From NCBI RefSeq assembly GCF_030028105.1, contig NC_092387.1:50973590-51037589 (forward strand): a stretch of 64,000 nt of DNA, written 5' to 3'. Below are positions 1-12,968 of this stretch, piece by piece. The notes below the pieces were generated by a model. It ran no database searches and was not told where the DNA came from. It worked only from the letters and a program-made list of their open reading frames with translations. A program made the position numbers and the translations under genes. Position 1 is the first letter of the stretch. Each line of letters opens with the position of its first letter. Origin of the DNA: Mobula birostris (Eukaryota).

Positions 1-404
1 CTTTCTTGGTCCATGGCTCCTATGAATATTGGGTTGTAACTGGTTAGTATTGTTGTTCAATAAAGATTGCTGTTGGTTTCACTATGATCTGCCATTGCAT
101 GTTCCTTCTCCCCCCACCCCCCATATGCAGCAATGCAAAGATTTTGTTACTGAATATTTATTCTTTACTACCAAATTTACAGTCTCACATTCCTTCCCTT
201 AATGCCATAAAAGCCTTTTGCCATTCACAAACCAGACTGGAACCTTCTCAAAATGGAAAGGGCAAAATTACTGTTGGAAGATAATACAAATGTTCAAAGG
301 AAAGCTAAATAAGCTACAATTACTTCAGTGCAGAAGCAGATGTGTAACTATGCATAAATCAATGCTTATGGATACAACAGTATAACTCACAATAATTATA
401 AAGC

Positions 405-688
405 CCAATGTAGCACTTAGCATGACACTATTACAGTTTGGGGGTCCTGGAGTTCGCAGTTCAATAAGGAGACTCTGTACGTCCTCCCTGTGGAATGCGT
501 GGGTTTTCTCTGGGTCCTCTGCTTTCCTCCCACAGTCTAAAGACGTACCAGATTGGTTAAATGGTAAATTGTCCTGTGATTAGGTTAGGGTTAATCAGGA
601 TTGTTGGGGGGGGGAGGGGGTTGCTGGGGCAGCGTGGCTCTGGGGCCGGAAGCCTACTCCGTGCTGTATTGCGAAACAAAATAAATAA
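405..688 (+). mobile_element. V-SINE-type SINE (degenerate)
   Basis: Central V-domain-like segment (tgcgtgggttttctctgggtcctctgctttcctcccacagtctaaagac) and CR1-like 3' end. Related pieces at about 34700-34930 (-), 35790-35910 (+) and 63540-63650 (-). Confidence 0.65.
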
Positions 689-1099
689 CTGACTGATCCA
701 GCTTCCACTCACTACATTTCAGATCTACCCATGATAGCAAATATTTTCAAGTAATCAGCCTAGTTTGAATCTCTGTTCCAACATATTCATAATCTTCATC
801 ATTTTCTCCATCAGCATTGCCTCACTATCACAAAGCTGCCTTGGCCAGCAGTTCCAAATTCATCATCTGCTGCACTCAGTACTTAAAAACATTTTTTTTC
901 TTTCAAGCATATTTCAACATATCAAATTCTAATACTCTTGTGCATCTTTCTCACTTTTCATTTTTCTGACCCCCCCATCTCCCTTACAGTAATACTCTTC
1001 AACATGTTTCCATTATCCCTTCTGATTTTCTCATCGATCCCAAAAAACTTGTCATCCAGAGGCCCTAACTTTATCCTGCCATGTTCCCTATCTCAGTGA

Positions 1100-3340
1100 A
1101 TTTTTCAAGTCCAGCACAACGTCGAAGTCTTCTTCTGCCATCTTTGTGTCAATGGCCATTTCTTTAGGTAGGACTCGTCAAAACAAATTGAGAATGCTTT
1201 CTTCAACCTGGTTCTCCCCCTCTGTTCTATTATTCTGTGTTCACCTACATATTGCTATAACCCACGTAACACTGCACTTACTCACTAACGTCCTTCTCTG
1301 GAGTTATTGCACTTCACCACTATGGACCAATCCAATATTGTCTTCAAAGGTATAGCCCTAATGAGAAGACTGGAATGAATATGGACAAAAATGCCACTGT
1401 TTGATGATACTGAACACAAACTTGTGAGGATCAGTGTCATCCTATAAGTTATTGTCTCTCAGACAGTTAATATCACCCAATTCCCTCTTATGCTGTCATG
1501 AAAGTTTCAACCCTGAACACCCCAATCATGAACATCCCATTTCCAACTCCTCCAAAAGTTGCACTGCTTAGTAAGCCTGCTGTTTCAATGTTCTTGATCC
1601 ACGGTAATTTCTCTGACCCCCGACTGTTCTCTCATCCATCTGACATCTCCTGTCATTTTGATAGCTTTCAGACGCTCATTTTCACCCTAGACATTCAGTC
1701 CCTCTACATCACCCTCCATTACAAGGATGGTCTTAAAGCCCTCCAACCCTTTCTTGGACAGATGCTAACCATGACCATCCTCTTTAACCTTCATGGACTT
1801 ACAGTCATCACCTTTACATTATTAATTGCCTCCAAATCAAAAGGTATGAATAAAGAAACCTGCAGGAGTACATACTATGCTGTCTCCTTGTTGGATGTGA
1901 AGAACAATCCTACTTGGGATTCCTTCCTCAGCTCATTTTCTGGTACAGCGATGGTCTTGATGCTGCTTCTTGCATTCATACCGAGCTCCAAAATGTCCTT
2001 AGCTTTGTTACCATGATCTCACTTTCACATGGTCCATCTCTCTTTCCTTTTCCTTAAAATAGGTGGATAGGTTAGCAACAAACTACTAGCAAAAGCCCAG
2101 AGATTCCCATCACTACCTTCACTACAGCACCTAAAAGATCCCACTTCATTTACCTAGTTTCTCTGCTGACCACACTTTCCACAGAGCTTCCAAAATGTTT
2201 TCTTTGTTCCTTCATTATGTCATTCCATTCACCATGGTTGACTGGGCATTTGTCTACATATGTTCCATCACCCACATTTCAGCATTCACCCCCTTCTCCC
2301 TCTCTGAGTGAGAACAGTGTTTCCCTTGTGCTCCCCTTCTACCGCAATCTGCTCCTTAACCCTCTATAATCAGGAAGATACCTTTCTACAATTTCCATCA
2401 CATTAAATGTGATATTTGGCACACTTTACTCTCCCATTTCAGCATTAAATAACAGTTCCATCTACGACTCTCTGGTCTCTTTTACAACTTTGACATCACT
2501 CTGGCTCTTTTTGATGGCACTTTCCAATGAAACTGCAGGAGATGCCAAACATCTCTCACTTCCACACCTCCCACCCCACAATCTAGCGAGCCAAACATTC
2601 CTAGGTGAAGCAGCAAATCATTCATACTTCTTACAAATCACATGCTTTCTATGTTGTCTCCTCTACACTGGACAAACCAAGTGTTGACTGGGCGACTGCT
2701 TTGCAAATCACCTCTGCTCAGTCCACAAGATTGATCCTGAGATTCTAGTTGTCTCTCATTTTACTTCTTCGTCATAGTGCTTGCCACTCTGACCTCTCTG
2801 TCTTCGGTTTCCTAAACCATTTCAACAAAGGGCAAAATAAACACAAGGAAAATCATTTGATCTCCTATTTATGTACCCTTGGGATTCAACAATGAAGTCA
2901 ACACTTCAGATAACCAGCCTTTGCAAATGGTATCATAACTGGTCATTAATCTGCAAAGTTAAATCAGGTTTCATCCCTCCACTCATGCTGTGCCTGGCTG
3001 ATGGACATTTCCAACACCAACTTTATCAGATTTCCAGCAACTGCAGTGTTTTGCTTCTCATAGTTCCGGCAATGTTATTCCATCCCCCCTCCCATACCAC
3101 ATCTCTCTTCATTCATCTATTTATATCTCCTCCAGACAGATCATCTATAATTAACAAATCTTCACCACCCATCTCCCAGCCAGCACCATTGCTACTTTCT
3201 TGATTTCTGTTTTATCCCTTTTCCCTTCTCTCCACTCCTCCTCATTTTCCAGGTTCTGATGAAAGGTCACAACTTGAAACATTAAGATTGTTTCCCTTGT
3301 CACAGACTTGCTGAGAATAGTAGAACTGATGATCTGCATC
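1100..3340 (+). mobile_element. Old degenerate Neptune-type Penelope-like element
   Basis: ORF 1498-2016 contains FTLDIQSLYITLHYKDGLKALQPFL, matching MDVQSLYTSIPHPEGLKALRYFL of the younger copy at 47465. Decayed endonuclease region at about 2600-2900. Hammerhead remnant CTGATGA (3256-3262)..GAAA (3276-3279). Confidence 0.7.
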
Positions 3341-4084
3341 TGATTATTCAGAAATCTTATGAAAATTCATTAGTTTGGAATGTGAGCTGGGGGCTTGGAC
3401 TGTAGGTAGGACAGCCAGATCCAGACCCGCAGCTGATCCAAGGCTGTGACCCAGAACACAGGTTTGTGGCTGGAACCAGAGCCTGAAATACCTGTATATT
3501 TCCCATTCTTTTTGATCTTGGCTGGTTCATGAGTGTCTTAAGAGCTAAAACAAAGACTATTCACAACCTATATCAGCAATAGTTTATTATTTGGTCACAG
3601 TGGTAAGATAGGCTGTTTGCACATTCATCAGTTCCAATGTAATACATTTTACCTCTAGTGTATCACAACTCAGCAATCTTTAAACACATTGCATTTTTCT
3701 TCCTACATTTGTATTCTAAGTTTCTTACCACATCCTCCTGAAAGTAACCTGCCTGCTCCATCTGGGTTAAATTTTAAACATACTGGCCGTGATCGTATAG
3801 ACTCCTTATTTAAAAAAAACACTAAATACTAATGAATGCAGTCTGGAGTAAGGGTATCTAGCCAAACCCATACTGAATGAACTCTAGCAACATTGATATT
3901 CTTTTACTTGACTGGCCTTATCGATTATACAGGTTGTCCTTCTCTTTTACCACAAAAGATGCAGCACTTCAAACATAGACATATCAGCTAAAATATTCAT
4001 TCTCATATCTTAATTAATTTTATTTTTGAAAGAGATAAATTTATATAATTTCAACCATAGCAATATGCATATAAAAACACTAAC

Positions 4085-4400
4085 ATGGTAAAATTCAAAT
4101 GGAATTGTTGCTCAGAGATAAGGAGTTAATTTGATGTAACCAGCAAAGATGCCTCAATAAGTGACAAAGAGCTGGTCAATTTTGGCAGTATTAGCTGAGA
4201 GAACATTATTGGTCAGGACATCCTTCCAAACATCATTGGACCTTTGGCATCCATTTAAACCAGTAGACACAATCCTGGCCAAGTATCTCCTCTGAGAGGT
4301 GACAAGTCCTCAAACTTCCAAGACTCTTCTGGGATTGCAATTTGAGATTCACAACTTAAAAGATTAAAATGCAAGAGTGCTAACAATGCAATCAAGTTGA
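4085..4400 (-). mobile_element. Deu-domain SINE relic (SacSINE1/AmnSINE-like)
   Basis: Degenerate similarity to the DeuSINE body. Related relics at about 22420-22720, 27540-27700, 29400-29540, 30560-30740 and 52740-53215. Confidence 0.45.
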
Positions 4401-5399
4401 ATCATTTACTTAATCAGTTAAATTATGTAGTGTCATTTAAGCATGGCCGTTCCTCTATCACAGACACATATGTAATGAAAGTAACCTTCATGCTTTCTTG
4501 AAATAATTTTGTTAACCTTTAAACAGAGAGGACATTTGAACAAATATCAAAATACTAAAATCTTTAGAGTTCTGTGAATGTAGTTTTGACACTAACGAGC
4601 TCACATTAACTCCGCTGGAATAAAATACAAAGGGTAGAGGGAAAGAAATTCCATTATGCAAGTAAACTAGTTAATTTAAACAGGCACACTGTTTATATTA
4701 TATAGATTAGATAGAACTTTTGCTAACTCTGCTCTGTAACTGGACCCATCTCACTGTGCTATATTAATTGCTTCTGATGTTGTAGGTCTGTAATGTCAAT
4801 GGGCCAGCTCTCCAGAATGTTGAAGCTGGCTCACTTATGCCACCAGTGCAGTTGTCCAATGATGAAAATATGGATCACACACTTCCGAGGAGTGTTTTCT
4901 TTTAAAAGTGTGATACCATTTCTATTCACAACATGATACTTCAAAGTGAAGAACTCATATGCACATACACTTTTGTACCCCTCAATATAATGACAGTTCT
5001 GCAACTTTTTTTTTAAAAAGGTTACATTTTCACATAATAGCTCCAGAATCATTTGATCCAATTATTCAATTGACAATGTATATCTATACATTATAATTCA
5101 ATACAAATTGAAACTATGCTGTAATTAACGATGGAACCAAATATAAATAGCAGAAATCTAAAATTGTTATTTACATACCATCAATTAAAACTTTGCTTTA
5201 AAAGGGATTATGTGATGAATTTTGTGGTTGTTGTCTCCATGCGTTAACGCTACCATTACAGGATCACAAACAAGAGAAAACCATTGTAGGATAGCAGGAA
5301 TAAAAGGAAAATCCAAAAGAGTTGACAATGCTTGTAGGAAGGCAAGGTAGCACAGTTACAGCCAGTCTCTTTATTGAGATGTTAAATTATGACTACAAA

Positions 5400-6560
5400 T
5401 ATAAGTACGGATGCAACGTGGCTAGGTTCCATTTGGATGATTAAGAGTTCATCAATTCTGAACATCTCTGATTTAATGCGTGGAGACGAGAAGTGGGAAG
5501 AGCTTTATGGTGCCGAAGATGTGGAAAGCGGCGGGGTTGGGCTCAAGTTCCAAATAGGCTCTGCAGAGTACGTGCACTTTCCTACATCGCTTGGGGTCAG
5601 AAGGCGAGAGCAGCACTTATGGGGGAGAGAAAGAGTTGCCACGTATTCTCCCTCCTCCTTCCCCCTCCCCACCCCAACACGATCCATGCTAAGAAGCAGC
5701 AAATATCTAACGCGGGGGGGGGGGTAGGGGTGGCCGAATTACACAGACTCCCAGAGTAGTTAAAAGTACACGAAAGTTAAAATTACTGTTTGATTGCCAC
5801 CAATACTATAGCCACCTTTAATGATCATATCAACAAGTTGGATGCTTTATTTCTGCCGTTAAAAGACGGTAAAATGTTTGTGTACTTTGTTCATTAAACC
5901 AAGAAAAAAATAGTTCCCCGAAAATGTTAGAGCCAAGACAATCACGACACTCCAATAATCCATTTTTTAAAATTGTGGGACGACGTTATTCGTCCTTTAT
6001 CGGACATTTAGAACGATCGTGCTAGAACATGCGGTGCTAAAGACGAGTAATTTGACGTGCAAAGACCAAACAAACACATAAAACAATAAAGTACTAAAAA
6101 ACCAAAAATCACGCCCGCCGCTCCGAGCAAGGCCGAAGTCAAAGGACAGCGAGTAATCCACGGGCGCTTGGATAGGACGCCAAATGATAATCAAATCATG
6201 GTGAGAGCTGGAGAGATGGGGGGACGGAGGGTCGGGTTAGGGAGAGGGAAGGGGCAGAGGAGAAAAGTTTCTCGATATTTACCTGTTGAACGGCCGACGT
6301 GTTGCGCAGCGGACTGGGTGCCGGGGGTACGAGAGGCGAGCGGGGATGGAGCACACACACACACACAGCTCTGCCTGAGTGTACGGGATGGGAGTTACTC
6401 AGTCGGTCTAGCCGTTAACTCTTTCACGTACATCACAATTTTTATGCCGCGTGGGGGAGGGGGGAGGAGGTTAAAATAAGATTAATGGAAATGCAAACGC
6501 GTAAATTTGATGTGTCGTTCACAGAATCTCGAATCCGAACAGTTTTCTGCAATCCACAAA
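5400..6560 (-). promoter_or_regulatory. CpG-rich promoter and first-intron region with clustered RCGTG (HRE) motifs; candidate P4HA1 promoter
   Basis: High CpG density. CATAAAAA on the minus strand at 6446-6439. TACGTG/CACGTA at 5569, 5640 and 6425; ACGTG at 5416, 6055 and 6297. Gene identity inferred only from the P4HA1-NUDT13 head-to-head arrangement known in human. Confidence 0.55.
6283..6415 (-). other. Probable non-coding first exon of a minus-strand gene
   Basis: Strong donor CAG|GTAAAT (GT at 6282-6281) about 160 nt downstream of the TATA-like box, inside the CpG island. TSS approximate. Confidence 0.5.
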
Positions 6561-7334
6561 CAAGATTTCTGGCTGATTTTCATTAGGTGTTAGTGCAGCT
6601 GTGAGATCCCAAGATAGTCTGACCAGTCTGGTGTATTTAACTTCTGTATCATTCATTACGTGTTAAACACTGGATAATTTTCAAAGGGATCTGATGAAAA
6701 TAGACTGACGTCCTTATCTGATCTTGAATGACTTGCCAGGTCAGGTGGGCAATTAAAGGTCAACTGGAGTCACATACTCAGATACATTAATAGTAAGTTG
6801 AGACAGAACAACATGAAAGCTTCATGGCTATTATTATTACTTACCTTTTATATCACATTTAATAACAATTTAAATTATCTATCTAACATGGTGGTGAATT
6901 TCTATAGATTAGTCCAAGGCACTGGAAAATGAATCAGTTTGTCACTATACTATCATACTCCTCCAGCTCCTCCCCTAAGTTATTAGATTTCACTCAATTA
7001 AAAGTTGATCATATTATGTAAATTGATAATCCAAAGTAGAACCGACCAAGTTGCTGCCATCCACTACACGTATGTGGTCTCCAGATGAGACCATTACAAT
7101 AATCCAATCTTTTTCCAGAATGCTCAAAGGATGTATTCTCTGGACTAACATAATTAGAAACATGTCCTCTGGCTGTTAACGCTCTCTTGGTGTGGCACTT
7201 ACCTGAACAAGTCATGAAATGCAGGGGTCTTTTAAAATCAAGTGTTTCTTACAGTCAAGAGTTCAGACAGACAAGACAAAAAGCAGAACTGAGGCTACAA
7301 ATGAAGAGATAGCTAAACTCAAGATTACATAAGC

Positions 7335-7862
7335 CTCTTTCACCTCAGACGGCTGAGGAAGTCTAGTATGGGCCCCCAAATCCTAAGAACCTTCTACAGG
7401 GGCACAACTGAGAGCATTCTGATTGGCTGCATCACTGCGTGGTATGGGAACTGTACCTCCCATAATCGCAGGATTCTACAGAGAGTGGTGCAGACAGCCC
7501 AACGCACCTGTAGTTGTGAACTTCCCATGATTCAGGACATTTACAAAGACAGGTGTGAAAAAAAGGCCCGAAGGATCATTGGGGACCCGAGTCACCCCAA
7601 CCACAACCTATTCCAGCTGCTACCATCCAGGAAACAGTACCACAGCATAAAAGCCAGGCTCTGGGACAGTTGCTTCCACCAGGCAATCAGACTGATTAAT
7701 TCACGCTGACATGAGTGGATTTTTATGTTACATTGACTGTTCTATTTATAAATTATTATAAGTTACTATGATTGCACATTGCACCTTTAGACAGAGAAGT
7801 AATGTAAAGATTTTTATTCCTCATGTATGTGAAGGATGTAAGAAATAACGTCAATTCAATTC
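7335..7862 (+). mobile_element. Rex1/Babar LINE 3' fragment
   Basis: ORF 7368-7709 FYRGTTESILIGCITAWYGNC...DPSHPNHNLFQLLPS is the typical Rex1/Babar C-terminus. Ends in a (caatt)n-like tail. Confidence 0.85.
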
Positions 7863-8246
7863 GAACAAATAGGAAGAAGCGTTTGAGATATTGTCACTTT
7901 TTGTGTGTGGTGGCATTGGATGTCAAAAGTGATGTCTCAAAAAGTGGGTGTCCACCATTAAGGATCTCCATCACCCAGGCCATGCCTGCTCTCACTGCTA
8001 CCATCAGCAAAGAGGTACAGAGGCATGAAGGCACACGCTCAAAGTTAAACACACTTCCTGACATATGCTGGTGATATTAAATCTGATTGTGATTCTGAAG
8101 GCACCAAAACATGGAAATCAGATCAACGATTACATCAGTTATAAATTCTAGTATTGTGATAATGCAAGTTAATTTGAGCCCAACTGAATTGTTGTTAAAA
8201 TGAGTAATGAACAAAAATTATATTTTTGCGGTATCAAAAGAAAGTA

Positions 8247-9380
8247 ATCTGCTCTCAGGTTGAGGCTTTGCATTCTAGAACAAAGGAGATGTCCTCCCTT
8301 TTCAAAGACAGGGGCTTCCCTTTCTCCACCATCAACGCTGCCCTCAACTGCATCTCTTCCATTTCACACACATTTGCTTTTACCCCATCCTCCCGCCACT
8401 CTACCAGGGATAGGGTTACTCTTGTCCTCACCTACCACCCTCCACGTCCAGCACATAATTCTCCGTAATTTCCGTCATCTCCAACTAGATCCCACCACTA
8501 AACACATCTTAACCTCCCCCCCCCATTTTCTGCTTTCCGCAGGGATCACTCCCTATGCGACTCCCTTGTCCATTTGTCCCTCCCCACTAATCTCCCTCCT
8601 GGCATTTATCCTTGCAAGCGGAACAAGTGCTACACCTGCCCTTACACCTCCTCCCTCACTACCATAACAGAGCCCTAAACAGTTCTTCCAGGAAAGGCAA
8701 CACTTCACCTGCGAGTCTGTTGGGGTCATATAATGTGTTCAGTGCTCCCGGTGTAGCCTCCTGAATATCAGCGAGACCTGACATAGATTGCAAAACCGCT
8801 TTGCCAAGCATCTACTCCCCATCCGCCAGAAAAAGCAGGCTCTCCCAGTGGCCAACCATTTTAATTCCACTTCCCATTCCGATATATCAATCCATGGCCT
8901 CCTCCACTGTCGTGATGAGGCCACACTTAGGTTGGTGGAACAACACCTTACACTCCGTCTGGGTAGCTTCCAACCTGATGGCATGAACATTGATTTCTCA
9001 AACTTCTGTTAATGCCTCCCACTCACCACCCCCCCTTCAGCATTTCCCATCCCCTTTTCCCACCCTCACATTTCCTTGCCCGCCCATCGCCTTCCTCTGG
9101 TGGTCCTTTCCCCTCCCCCCACCTCTTTTTCTTTCTTCCATGGCCTTCTGTCTCTTTCACCAATCAACTTCCCAGCTCTTTACTTCATCCCTCCCCCTCA
9201 AGTTTCACCTATCACCTGGTGTTTCTCTCTCCCCTCCCCCTCCCCCCACCTTTTAAATCTACTCCTCAACTTTTTATCTCCAGTCCTGCCGAAGGATTTT
9301 GGCCCGAAACGTTGACTGTACTGTTTTTCCCATAGATGCTGCCTGGCCTGCTGAATTCCTCCAGCATTCTGTGTGTGTTA
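8247..9380 (+). mobile_element. Neptune-type PLE, 5'-truncated
   Basis: Frameshifted thumb, Cys linker and GIY-YIG remnants (ORFs at 8226 and 8788). Pyrimidine-rich 3' UTR. Mutated hammerhead CTGCCGA (9286-9292)..GAAACGTT. Confidence 0.9.
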
Positions 9381-10196
9381 ATCAATATGGAGGAATTTAA
9401 GTTCTGCATTTGTCTAACTCAACGATTTATTTGAGGACTGGCATATTTGAAAAATCACTAGACTCATTTTGAACCTTTAGCAAAAATTAAACATTAACAA
9501 ATAGACTAAAACGTTTATATATCATACTGGGTACATTATCCTGCAAGTCTACATGCAAGCAAAAAGGGGCAATCTAGAATTCTGCACTTGACTACTTGTA
9601 CCTTTGGATTTTAACCATTTTAATTCTGAAATATGTGCATTTCTAAAGACAGTAAGGAATTCTTAACAGAATAAAAGTTGACAGCTGTAGTTTAGAATAT
9701 TAGGTAAGCAGAAGGCAGTTTAGGCAAGTATAGGATCTGAAGGCAATTACTATCAACTGCTGAGGATTGAAGTATCTTGTGTTGCTAGGTGGAGTTTAAT
9801 AACAGCTGATAAATAATTGCTTCCTGACATAGCAATACAAATGCTTTCAAGAACTTAATGTATAGAAAACTGCATGCCAAACCATCTCACTATTTGCAGC
9901 TCGCTTTCAAGTTAGATGGAATGATGACTTGGACATGAGCACGTGTATTTTCACCATCACTGAATTAAAGTGCTGCAGTCCTCTACCTGGCAGCAACATG
10001 GAGCCATTTCACCCCATTCCCAGGATAACAGGAGGTGGGAAAGTGTGAAAGGAAGGGAAGGGCAGGGAAATCAAAATCAAATTTCACCAGTGAGGCAATG
10101 CTGTTATTTCACTTTGTCTCTCATTCAAAGACGTAGAAAAGAGAAACAACTTCAGAATAAGCAAGCACTGTGTAATTTTTAATTAAGGCAACTCAC

Positions 10197-10275
10197 CGCA
10201 AAATTTTGCAGCATTCTTGATAAAAAGAAATTCTAAGGTAAAAGAACTTCTGAAGACGTACAGGATTTGAAAATA
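10197..10275 (-). other. Candidate 79-nt internal exon (probably non-coding)
   Basis: Acceptor ttgttttccag and donor GCG|GTGAGT on the minus strand, in non-repetitive sequence. No recognisable protein similarity. Confidence 0.3.
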
Positions 10276-10481
10276 CTGGAAAACAAATATTCTTCTGTTG
10301 GCAATTCTGAGCTTGCAGAAAGTTGCATAATTAATCAGTACATATGTTCCAGTTATATTTAGTTTGGTTATATTTAATCGGAAAAGGCTGCAGAAAGTTG
10401 CAAACTCAGACAGCTCCACATCTTCAAAATGCGATGCCTCAAAAAGGCAGCATCCATCATTAAGAACTCTCATCAGCCAGG

Positions 10482-11485
10482 ACATAAGAACATAAGGAAG
10501 AGGAGCAGAGGCAGGCCATCCGGCCCATTGAGCCTGCCCTGCCATTCAATAAGATCATGGCTGATCTGTCCGTAAACTCAGCTCCATCTACCTGCCTTTT
10601 CCCCATAACCCTTAATTCCCCTACTATGTAAAAATCTATCTAACTGTATCTTAAATATATTTAGTAAAGAAGCCTCAGCTGGGCAGAGAACTCCACAGAT
10701 TCACCACTCTGGGAAAAACAGTTTCTCCTCATCTCCGTCCTAAATCTTCTCCCCTGAATCTTGAGGCAATGTCCCCTAGCTCTAGTCTCACCTACCAATG
10801 GAAATAACTTTCCTACTTCTTAACTATCCCTTTCAAAATTTTGAATGTTTCTATAAGATCCCCTCTCATTCTTCTGAATTCCAGAGAGTATAGTCCCAGC
10901 AACTCAATCTCTCCTCATAGGTTAACCCCTTCATCTCTGGAATCAACCTGGTGAACTTCCTCTGCACTGCCTCCAAAGCCAGTATATCCTTCCTCAAGTA
11001 AGGAGTCCAGAACTGCACACAGTATTCCAGGTGCGGCCTCACCAGTACCCTGTATAGTTGCAGCATGACTTCCCTGCACTTGAATTCAATCCCTCTAGCA
11101 ATGAAGGCCAACATTCCGTTCGCCTTCTTAATAACCTGTTGTACCTGCAAACCAACTTCTTGCAATTCATGCACAAGCACTCCAAGTCCCTCTGCACAAC
11201 AGCATGCTGCAATCTTTCACCATTTAAATAATAATCTGCTCTTCTATTATTCCTTCCAAAGTGGATGATCTTGCATTTACCAACATTGTATTTCATCTGT
11301 CAGACCTTGGCCCACTCACTTAACCTATCTATATCCCTCTGCAGACTCTCCACATCCCCTGTACAATTTGCTTTTCCACTCAGTTTAGTGTCATCAGCAA
11401 GTTTTGCTATGCTACACTCAGTCCCCTCTACCAAATCATCAATGTAAATGGTAAACACTGCAGGCCCAGCACCAACACCTGCGGC
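10482..11485 (-). mobile_element. CR1 (HER1-like) LINE 3' fragment
   Basis: ORFs at 11300, 11039 and 10866 give KLADDTKL, VQRDL and LVRPHLEYCVQFW in shifted frames. Inserted in a Rex-like relic (about 10380-10480 and 11500-11750). Confidence 0.9.
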
Positions 11486-11827
11486 ATACACACTCCTCAT
11501 TTCTACCCTCATCGAGAAGTTACAGGAGCCTGAAGATATACACTCAACATTTTAAGTACAGCTTCTTCCCCATTACCATCTGCTTTCTGAATAGAGACTA
11601 ACTCACTATAATTTTTGCTCTCTTTTTGCATCTTAAGTTACTTTTTGTATATATTTCTTACTATAATATAGTTTTAAAATTATGTATTGCAATGTACTAT
11701 AGCCTCAAAACAACACATGCCAGTGATATTAAAGCTGATTTAAATTATGGACCACACAGAAACATCAGTACATCATGTCATACATTGTTATGTCTATGGA
11801 CAGTGCGAAGACAGATGAGATTTATAT

Positions 11828-12968
11828 ACATAGAACATAGAATAGTACAGCACAGTACAGGCCCTTTGCCTACAATGTTGTGCCGACCTTTAAACCCTGT
11901 CTCCCATATACCCCCCCCACCTTAAATTCCTCCATATACCTGTCTAGTATTCTCCTAAATTTCACTAGTGTATCTGCCTCCACCACTGACTCAGGCAGTT
12001 CATTCCACGCACCAGACACTCTGAGTAAAAAACTTCCCTCCAATATTCCCCTTGAACTTCCCACCCCTTACCTTAAAGCCATGTCCTCTTGTATTGAGCA
12101 GTGGTGCCCTGGGGAAGAGGCACTGGCTGTCCACTCTATTTATTCCTCTTAATATCTTGTATACCTCTATCATATCTCCTCTCATCCTCCTTCTCTCCAA
12201 AGAGTAAAGCCCTAGCTCCCTTAATCTCTGATCATAATCCACACTCTCTAAACCGGGCAGCACCCTGGTAAATCTCCTCTGTACCCTTTCCAATGCTTCT
12301 ACATCCTTCCTATAGTAAGGCGACCAGAACTGGACACAGTATTCCAAGTGTGGCCTAACCAGAGTTTTATAGAGCTGCATCATTACCTCGCAACTCTTAA
12401 ACTCTATCCCTCGACTTATGAAAGCTAACACCCCATAAGTTTTCTTAACTACCCTATCCACCTGTGAGACAACTTTCAGGGATCTGTGGACATGTACCCC
12501 CAGATCCCTCTGCTCCTCCACACTACCAAGTATCCTGCCAGTTACTTTGTACTCTGCCTTGGAGTTTGTCCTTCCAAAGTGTACCACCTCACACTTCTCT
12601 GGGTTGAACTCCATCTGCCACTTCTCAGCCCACTTCTGCATCCTATCAATGTTGCTCTGCAATCTTCGACAATCCTCTACACTATCCACAACACCACCAA
12701 TCTTTGTGTCGTCTGCAAACTTGCCAACCCACCCATCTAACCCACATCCAGGTCGTTAATAAAAATCACGAAAAGTAGAGGTCCCAGAACCGATCCTTGT
12801 GGGACACCACTAGTCGCAACCCTCCAATCCGAATGTACTCTCTCCGCCATGACCCTCTGCTTTCTGCAGGCAAGCCAATTCTGAATCCACCTGGCCAAAC
12901 TTCCCTGGATCCCATGACTTCTGACTTTCTGAATAAGCCTACCGTGTGGAACCTTGTCAAATGCCTTA
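11828..12968 (-). mobile_element. CR1 LINE 3' fragment (young)
   Basis: 229-aa ORF 12000-12689 with WQMEFNPEKC, QRDLGV, LVRPHLEYCVQFWSP and RRMRGDMIEVYKI. (ttctatg)n 3' tail. Confidence 0.95.

Noticed and set aside
4831-5061. 76-aa minus-strand ORF as a P4HA1 coding exon
   Set aside because: No resemblance to a prolyl 4-hydroxylase signal peptide or N-terminus, non-ATG start, and no convincing splice sites.
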